The notes below the pieces were generated by a model. That model was not told the DNA's origin. It searched no databases and saw nothing but the letters and a program-made list of their open reading frames with translations. 61,304 nucleotides of DNA, from positions 1 to 61,304 of the forward strand of contig QHTD01000058.1 of the NCBI GenBank assembly GCA_003220675.1. Direction: 5' to 3'. The DNA comes from Candidatus Rokuibacteriota bacterium. GTDB lineage: Bacteria > Methylomirabilota > Methylomirabilia > Rokubacteriales > CSP1-6. A program made the translations under genes and the position numbers. Position 1 is the stretch's first letter, and the number at the start of each line of letters is the position of its first letter. This document shows positions 55,943 to 61,304 of the stretch, piece after piece.

Positions 55943-57102
55943 GCCCGCTGCGCGTCGGGATCGTCGGGGCGCGCTTCGCCGCCGCGCTCCACGCCGTCAA
56001 CTATCGGCCACTCGTGGGCGGGAAGGTCGAGCTGGCAGCCGTGTGCGCCCGCACGCGGTCCCAGGCCGAGGCGTTCGCCAAGCACCACGCTGTGGAGCGC
56101 GTGTTCACCGACTACCGCGAGCTCTGCGCGTCGCCCGACGTGGACGTCGTCGACATCTGCTCGACGACGGACACCCACCACGAGGTCGCGATCGCGGCGG
56201 CGCGCGCCGGCAAGCACGTGATCGTCGAGAAGCCGCTGACGGGCGCCTTCTGTGAGGCGACGGAGCCGCGCGAGACGATGCTCGCCGCCGCGCTCCGGAA
56301 CTGCGACGCCGTGCTCGACGCCGTGACGAAGGCCGGCGTGACGCTCTGCTACGCGGAGGACTTCGTGTACGCGCCGCCTGTCGCGAAGCTCCGCCGGCTC
56401 CTCGACGCGTCGGACGGCGCCATCCTGGAGCTCCGCGCCGAGGAGAGCCACTCCGGCTCGCACGCGGCGTACGCCGCCCGCTGGAGGACCTCGGGCGGCG
56501 GCTCGCTGCTCCGGATGGGTTCCCATCCGGTGGGCGTCGTGCTCCACCTCAAGCACTACGAAGGAATGCGCCGGCGCGGGCGTCCGGTCCGGGCGCGCAC
56601 GGTCCTCGCCGACGTCGCCCAGCTCACCAGGCTCCCCGACCTGGTCGGCCGGCGGCTGTCCATGTCCACGCGGGCGGAGGACGTCGAGGACTGGGCGGTC
56701 GCCGTGATCACGTTCGAGGACGGCACGAAGGCGACGGTCCATTCCAACGACATCACGCTCGGCGGCGTCCGGAACGTCGTCACCGCGTACCTGACGAACG
56801 GCGTGGTCCACGCCAACATCAATCCCAACACGACCGTGGCGGCGTACGCGCCCGATGGCGCCGTGTGGGGCGACGAGTACATCACCGAGAAGGTCGAGAC
56901 CAAGGCCGGCTGGCAGTTCCCGAGCCCTGACGAGGACTGGATGCGGGGCTACCCGCAGGAGCTCGCGGACTTCGTGGATGCGATCCGCGAGCGGCGCGAG
57001 CCCCTGTCGGGCGCGCGGCTCGCGCGGGACGTGGTGGAGGTGATCTACGCGGGGTACGTGTCCGCCGCGACCGGGCGGCGCGTGGAGCTCGGCCGCGGAT
57101 GA
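55939..57102 (+). CDS. Gfo/Idh/MocA-family oxidoreductase
   Basis: GTGA overlap start. N-terminal Rossmann RVGIVGARFAA and EKP motif (VIVEKPL). Confidence 0.8.
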   Translation: MSPLRVGIVGARFAAALHAVNYRPLVGGKVELAAVCARTRSQAEAFAKHHAVERVFTDYRELCASPDVDVVDICSTTDTHHEVAIAAARAGKHVIVEKPLTGAFCEATEPRETMLAAALRNCDAVLDAVTKAGVTLCYAEDFVYAPPVAKLRRLLDASDGAILELRAEESHSGSHAAYAARWRTSGGGSLLRMGSHPVGVVLHLKHYEGMRRRGRPVRARTVLADVAQLTRLPDLVGRRLSMSTRAEDVEDWAVAVITFEDGTKATVHSNDITLGGVRNVVTAYLTNGVVHANINPNTTVAAYAPDGAVWGDEYITEKVETKAGWQFPSPDEDWMRGYPQELADFVDAIRERREPLSGARLARDVVEVIYAGYVSAATGRRVELGRG

Positions 57103-57962
57103 TCCGCTTCGCGAAGGGCCACGGGCTCGGCAACGACTACGTCGTGATCGATCAGACGGATCTGTCGGCGCCGCTCACGCCGACGATGATTCGTCGCCTC
57201 TGCGACAGGAACCGGGGTATCGGTTCCGACGGGATCCTGCTGCGCGTGCCCGCCTCGCGCGCCGACTTCGGCCTCCGCATCTTCAACCCCGACGGGAGCG
57301 AAGCGGAGAAGTCGGGCAACGGCCTCCGGATCTTCGCGAAGTACCTCTGGGACCACCGGCACGCGAAAACGGCAACCTTCACGGTGGAGACGAAGGGCGG
57401 CGTTGTCGAATGTCAGTGCCACGTGCAGGCCGGGCGCGTGAATTTTGTGACGGTGGAGATGGGCCGCGCGACGTTCCGGGCGCCGGAGATCCCGATGAGC
57501 GGGCCCGACCGCGAGGTCGTGGGTGTGCCGCTCCAGCTCTCAGACGGCACCACGCTCAGCGTGACCGCGGTCTCCGTCGGGAACCCGCACTGCGTGACCT
57601 TCGTGAACCGTCTCGACGACGCCGAGTGCCGGCGGCTCGGCCCGCTGATCGAGAACCATCCCGCCTTCCCCAACCGGACGAACGTCCAGTTCGCGCGACC
57701 CCACGCGCGCGACACGCTGGACATCTTGATCTGGGAGCGCGGCGCGGGCTTCACGCTCGCGTCCGGGTCGTCGTCCTGCGGCGCCGCCGCGGCGGCCGTG
57801 AAGAACGGCCTGTGCGGCCACGGGCGCGTCCGTGTGCGTATGCCGGGCGGCGAGCTTGTGATCGAGGTGCGGCCGGACTGGTCGGTCCGCCTCGAGGGGC
57901 CGGTGGAGGAGGTGTACCGCGGGACGCTCTCCGCCGAGTTCGTGGCGTCGCTCGAGGAATGA
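57099..57962 (+). CDS. dapF: diaminopimelate epimerase
   Basis: GNDY, SVGNPHCV and SGSSSCG (two catalytic Cys). ATGA overlap start. Confidence 0.9.
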   Translation: MIRFAKGHGLGNDYVVIDQTDLSAPLTPTMIRRLCDRNRGIGSDGILLRVPASRADFGLRIFNPDGSEAEKSGNGLRIFAKYLWDHRHAKTATFTVETKGGVVECQCHVQAGRVNFVTVEMGRATFRAPEIPMSGPDREVVGVPLQLSDGTTLSVTAVSVGNPHCVTFVNRLDDAECRRLGPLIENHPAFPNRTNVQFARPHARDTLDILIWERGAGFTLASGSSSCGAAAAAVKNGLCGHGRVRVRMPGGELVIEVRPDWSVRLEGPVEEVYRGTLSAEFVASLEE

Positions 57963-57975
57963 GCGCGCTCGGGGG

Positions 57976-58560
57976 ATGAGGCGGATCTGCGTCTTCTGCG
58001 GCTCGGCGTTCGGTTCGCGTCCAGCCTATCGCGATGCGGCGAAGCGGTTCGGCAGCGCGCTCGCCACGCGCGGGCTCGGGCTCGTCTACGGCGGCGGGTC
58101 GGTGGGCCTCATGGGCGTCCTTGCCGACGCCGTCCTCGCCGAGGGCGGCGAGGTGATCGGCGTGATCCCGGGGCCGCTCGCCACACGCGAGCTTGCCCAC
58201 GCCGGGCTCACGGAGCTGCGGGTGGTCGGCTCGATGCACGAGCGCAAGGCGACGATGGCCCAACTGTCCGACGGGTTCGTCGCGCTGCCCGGCGGTCTCG
58301 GCACCTTCGAGGAGACCCTCGAAGTCCTGACCTGGACGCAGCTCGGGATCCACACGAAGCCCGTCGGCGTGCTCAACGTCGAGGGTTACTGGGACGGGCT
58401 CCAGCGGATGCTTGCCCACGCCGTCCGCGAGGGCTTCGTGCGGGCGGAGTACGCCGCGCTGCTCCTCTTCGGGACGAGCGCGCCCGAGCTGCTCGATCGC
58501 GTCGCCGCGTGGCGTGCCCCGGCCTTCCCGCGCGCCTGGCTCGACCCGGGCCAGATCTAA
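57976..58560 (+). CDS. LOG-family nucleotide phosphoribohydrolase (TIGR00730-type)
   Basis: GGGSVGLMG and PGGLGTFEE motifs. Confidence 0.9.
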   Translation: MRRICVFCGSAFGSRPAYRDAAKRFGSALATRGLGLVYGGGSVGLMGVLADAVLAEGGEVIGVIPGPLATRELAHAGLTELRVVGSMHERKATMAQLSDGFVALPGGLGTFEETLEVLTWTQLGIHTKPVGVLNVEGYWDGLQRMLAHAVREGFVRAEYAALLLFGTSAPELLDRVAAWRAPAFPRAWLDPGQI

Positions 58561-58586
58561 CGCGCGGGGCGCCGCGGCGGACGGCC

Positions 58587-58985
58587 TTACAGTATTTCTT
58601 GGTCCTGCAGGTTGCGCGCGGCCGTCCAGCCGACGAACGTCACACGCGAAATCTGTCGGTGCAGGAGCGCGAGGCGCTTGCGGAACTGCACGGTGAACGT
58701 CACCTTCACCATGTTGCCTTGACGCTCGAGGACTGTGGCAAAGGGGACCATCATCTTCTCGACAAAGCCGGCGTCGGCGTAGATGCACAGCTTCTCCGCG
58801 AGGAAGCGTTCTTTCACGCCCTCCAGATCGCTATTCGGCCGGTGCTGCTCCACAATCGCGAGGTCGTACGCTTCGGGTGTGGTGCACAGCCAGGAGCCCT
58901 CCTTCAGCGTCTGCAGAGGCTCCCCGGCGTGCGCCAATCCCACAACGACGCCGACCACCAGGATGACGGCGGATGTCGTCTTCAT
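58587..58985 (-). CDS. small periplasmic protein of unknown function, co-operonic with the PQQ dehydrogenase
   Basis: ATG 58985 lies 1 nt after the cytochrome stop. Signal peptide MKTTSAVILVVGVVVGLAHA; two Cys; no motif recognised. Confidence 0.6.
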   Translation of the reverse strand: MKTTSAVILVVGVVVGLAHAGEPLQTLKEGSWLCTTPEAYDLAIVEQHRPNSDLEGVKERFLAEKLCIYADAGFVEKMMVPFATVLERQGNMVKVTFTVQFRKRLALLHRQISRVTFVGWTAARNLQDQEIL

Positions 58986-58986
58986 G

Positions 58987-59457
58987 CTATTTCCAGTTCG
59001 CGCCTTCTTCAGCGAGCGTTTCGAGATATGCGCCGAGTTGCGCGATCTTGGCATCGTCCAGGACGTCTTTCCACGGCGGCATTTGCCTGTCGGTCCTTCC
59101 GTTCTTCACGATCGTGACGAATTCGCCGTAGCCCCGCCAGAACGCGCGCAGGTCGGCTGCGTACTTGCCGAATCGCGACACGCCATCAGCCTTGGGGCCG
59201 TGGCACTGCACGCACCACGTGACGTAGAGCTTCCGTCCGGCGTCGATCGCCTCGGCCTGGCCTGAGGCCGGGTTGATCGCAGAACTGTGAGGTTTGGGAG
59301 ACTGCTTCTCCTCCCCCGGCGGGCCAGTCATCTGCGCCCCCACGGTGACGACGCCGACGGATCCGGCAAAGGCGACCCCGCACAGAGTCGCGAGGGCGAT
59401 TGCGGGAAGCAAGGTGGGACAAAGAGGCGCGCCCTTTGTCCCACCTCGTGAACGCAT
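58987..59457 (-). CDS. periplasmic c-type cytochrome (XoxG/MxaG-like position)
   Basis: Haem motif CVQCH, signal/anchor region. Its start lies 1 nt after the dehydrogenase stop. Confidence 0.8.
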   Translation of the reverse strand: MRSRGGTKGAPLCPTLLPAIALATLCGVAFAGSVGVVTVGAQMTGPPGEEKQSPKPHSSAINPASGQAEAIDAGRKLYVTWCVQCHGPKADGVSRFGKYAADLRAFWRGYGEFVTIVKNGRTDRQMPPWKDVLDDAKIAQLGAYLETLAEEGANWK

Positions 59458-59458
59458 G

Positions 59459-61243
59459 TCAGTCGAGCGAGAAGACCACGATAGCGGCGCTCTCCTTCAT
59501 GTTGAGCAATTTGTCCTTGTGGTAGTGGTCGGCGAGGGCCCGACCAACGTACGAGCCGTGGCCGGTCGCCACCGCGATGTACTGCTTCCCGCCAACGGCG
59601 TACGAGACGATCCCTCCGTTGTGGGAGGAGCCATTGTTGAACCGCCACAACAGGTTGCCCGTCTTCGCGTCGAGCGCCTCGACGAAGCCGTCGGTGGTCC
59701 CCACGAAGACCAGTCCGCCGGCGGTGGACAGGAGCGCGGAGTGCGGGATCACGTCGTATCGCTTCTCCCAGGCGATCTTCCCGCTCAGGGGATCACGGGC
59801 CGTAAGGCGGCCGTGCGCGGTGTCGCCCGGTGGGTTCGCGCCCACCCATTCGGCGCTCATGAACGGCTGCGCGAAGGGTTCGGTGACGCGGGTCTCGGCA
59901 CCCGCGGTGATCGTCGTGCCCCCGCCCTTCGGGGCGACGGTCAGGTCCATGCACCACTCGTTGGCGATGCGATAGAAGAGCTTCGTCTGGGGATTGTAGG
60001 CGCCGGCGTTCCAGCTATGCCCCCCGTCGATGGCGGGGCAGACCAGGGTCTTCACGCCCGCCTTCGGCCACAGCATGTTCTCCCACTTGCTCGTCTCAAT
60101 GTTGAACCCGGTCGTCCAGTTGAACGACTTCATGTCCGGATAGACGTTGAGGGGTTTGCCCGTCTTCCGGTCGTGCACGTGGTTGAACCCGTTCTTCCCG
60201 GGATGCAGCACGAGCTTTCGACTCTGCGAGTCCTCGAACAGGACGTACTCTCCGGGGGACGCGTCGTAGTCGTAGGGATCGGCCGGCGCTTCCTGGAAGT
60301 ACCAGTTCAGCTTGCCGGTGTTGAGGTCGAGGGCGACCGTCGACGAGGTGTAGAGATTTCCGCCGGGTCGCCAGCCGTCGGCGTTCGGGTCCAGGCACTT
60401 GTCACCACAGTAGTCGTAGTCGGGATTCGGGTTCCCGACCCCGATGAGGATCTGGTTGTTCTCGTAATCGACGGACCCCGGTTGCCAGGATCCGCCACCG
60501 CCATACCTCCAGGAGTCGCCCTTCCAGGTCGCCAGGGCTTTCGGGTCGTCCCGCCCCGTCGTGTAGAAGATCCACTTGATGTCGCCGGTCTTGGGGTTGA
60601 TCCCGAAGATCTTTCCCTCGACCGGATACTCGCCGCCGTTCTGCCCCATCACGAGCAGGTTGGAGTTCACGAAGGTCGCCGCGCCGCTGAAGCCCGCGGT
60701 GTCCTTCTTGGAGCTCACGATTTGCCGCTCCCAGATGACCTTGCCGGTTCCCTCATCGAGAGCGGCGAGCCGGCCGTCGGCGAGCCCCATATACACCCGC
60801 CCGTCGCCGACGGCTAGGCCGCGAGTGTGGGCGAAGAACGAGCGGGACACGATGGCCTCGTCCAGCTTGGGAACGTAGGCCCAGATCCGTTCACCGGTGG
60901 TGGCGTTGAGCTTCCAGACCGTCGACGGGTTCGTCGACACGTACATGTAGCCGTCGATCACCAGCGGCGTGGTATGGAGGCCCATCCGCGGGTCGCCGGG
61001 CTGGAAGATCCAGGCAGCGCGCAGCTGCTTCACATTCGTGGTGTTGACCTGGCTCAGCGGGCTGTGCCGCCACGCCGTGTCCACCGTGCGATGGTAGGAG
61101 CACCAGTTCTGATCGGGGCAGTTCTTGATCTCATCCGCCGAGGAACCGGCCAGCGCGGCGGGGGCAGCCAACAGGGCGGCCAGGGCAAGAAACACAACCA
61201 CCTGCGCCAACTTGAGAGGGTCGTAGTCACGCCAGTGTGTCAT
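59459..61243 (-). CDS. PQQ-dependent alcohol (methanol/ethanol-family) dehydrogenase, divergent
   Basis: 594 aa with signal peptide and eight-blade propeller repeats (ALDEGTGKVIW, INPKTGDIKW, ALDLNTGKLNW, ARDPLSGKIAW, ALDAKTGNLLW). Contains GGEY, GNPNP and DPYDYDA (D-Y-D). SD GGAGGA upstream. Confidence 0.85.
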   Translation of the reverse strand: MTHWRDYDPLKLAQVVVFLALAALLAAPAALAGSSADEIKNCPDQNWCSYHRTVDTAWRHSPLSQVNTTNVKQLRAAWIFQPGDPRMGLHTTPLVIDGYMYVSTNPSTVWKLNATTGERIWAYVPKLDEAIVSRSFFAHTRGLAVGDGRVYMGLADGRLAALDEGTGKVIWERQIVSSKKDTAGFSGAATFVNSNLLVMGQNGGEYPVEGKIFGINPKTGDIKWIFYTTGRDDPKALATWKGDSWRYGGGGSWQPGSVDYENNQILIGVGNPNPDYDYCGDKCLDPNADGWRPGGNLYTSSTVALDLNTGKLNWYFQEAPADPYDYDASPGEYVLFEDSQSRKLVLHPGKNGFNHVHDRKTGKPLNVYPDMKSFNWTTGFNIETSKWENMLWPKAGVKTLVCPAIDGGHSWNAGAYNPQTKLFYRIANEWCMDLTVAPKGGGTTITAGAETRVTEPFAQPFMSAEWVGANPPGDTAHGRLTARDPLSGKIAWEKRYDVIPHSALLSTAGGLVFVGTTDGFVEALDAKTGNLLWRFNNGSSHNGGIVSYAVGGKQYIAVATGHGSYVGRALADHYHKDKLLNMKESAAIVVFSLD

Positions 61244-61304
61244 AGGGTCCTCCGGCCTGTCGTTGGAGAGAGCACGTGGTTTCGGTCAAGCACCCGAGGA
61301 ACGG

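Overview
This is a densely coding, high-GC bacterial chromosome segment. Hand counts of single 60-nt lines range from about 58% to 78% G+C. I support roughly 60 protein genes and see no rRNA, tRNA or CRISPR array. AsmA, a beta-barrel OMP, sigma54 regulators and periplasmic cytochromes point to a Gram-negative-type organism.

Gene order:
- 1-7.5 kb: the end of an AhpD/CMD-like gene, an integrase relic, a liv-type branched-chain amino-acid ABC transporter operon, a SAM methyltransferase, a small cytochrome c and an orphan ABC ATPase.
- 7.6-13.3 kb: a class-II cyclic-nucleotide phosphodiesterase-like MBL protein transcribed divergently from a split cobalamin methionine-synthase-like set (corrinoid protein, Hcy-methyltransferase domain, activation domain), then aroK and a YitJ-like Hcy-MT/MTHFR fusion.
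- 13.4-21.6 kb: amidase, D-aminoacylase, a multi-GAF histidine kinase, a sigma54 activator and an OMP.
- 21.7-24 kb: an RRM RNA-binding protein and a DUF169::URO-D-family fusion gene.
- 24.2-33.9 kb: ACT-malic enzyme, a small membrane protein, a solute-symporter-domain histidine kinase, an NtrC-type regulator, acs, and an MHS transporter behind a sigma54 promoter.
- 34-38.4 kb: glcDEF-like oxidase genes.
- 38.8-58.6 kb: housekeeping genes. These are a DksA-like gene with a sigma54 promoter, plsC, ilvA, asparaginase, UDG, HtrA, an M16 peptidase pair, qor, Tim44-like, AsmA, citrate synthase, GT2, dapF and LOG.
- 58.6-61.3 kb: a divergent PQQ-dehydrogenase / cytochrome c / small periplasmic protein operon.

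Most notable observations:
- The DUF169::URO-D fusion.
- The pterin-module-less split MetH-like cluster.
- The transporter-derived sensor kinase module, with a 125-bp tandem duplication that creates a chimeric mini-ORF.
- A PQQ dehydrogenase with the D-Y-D (lanthanide-type) motif but no vicinal Cys-Cys.
- A decayed island bracketed by a duplicated gene 3' end and an integrase relic.
- Several structured or repeated intergenic elements.

All family assignments come from motif and pattern recognition by eye. No database search was run.
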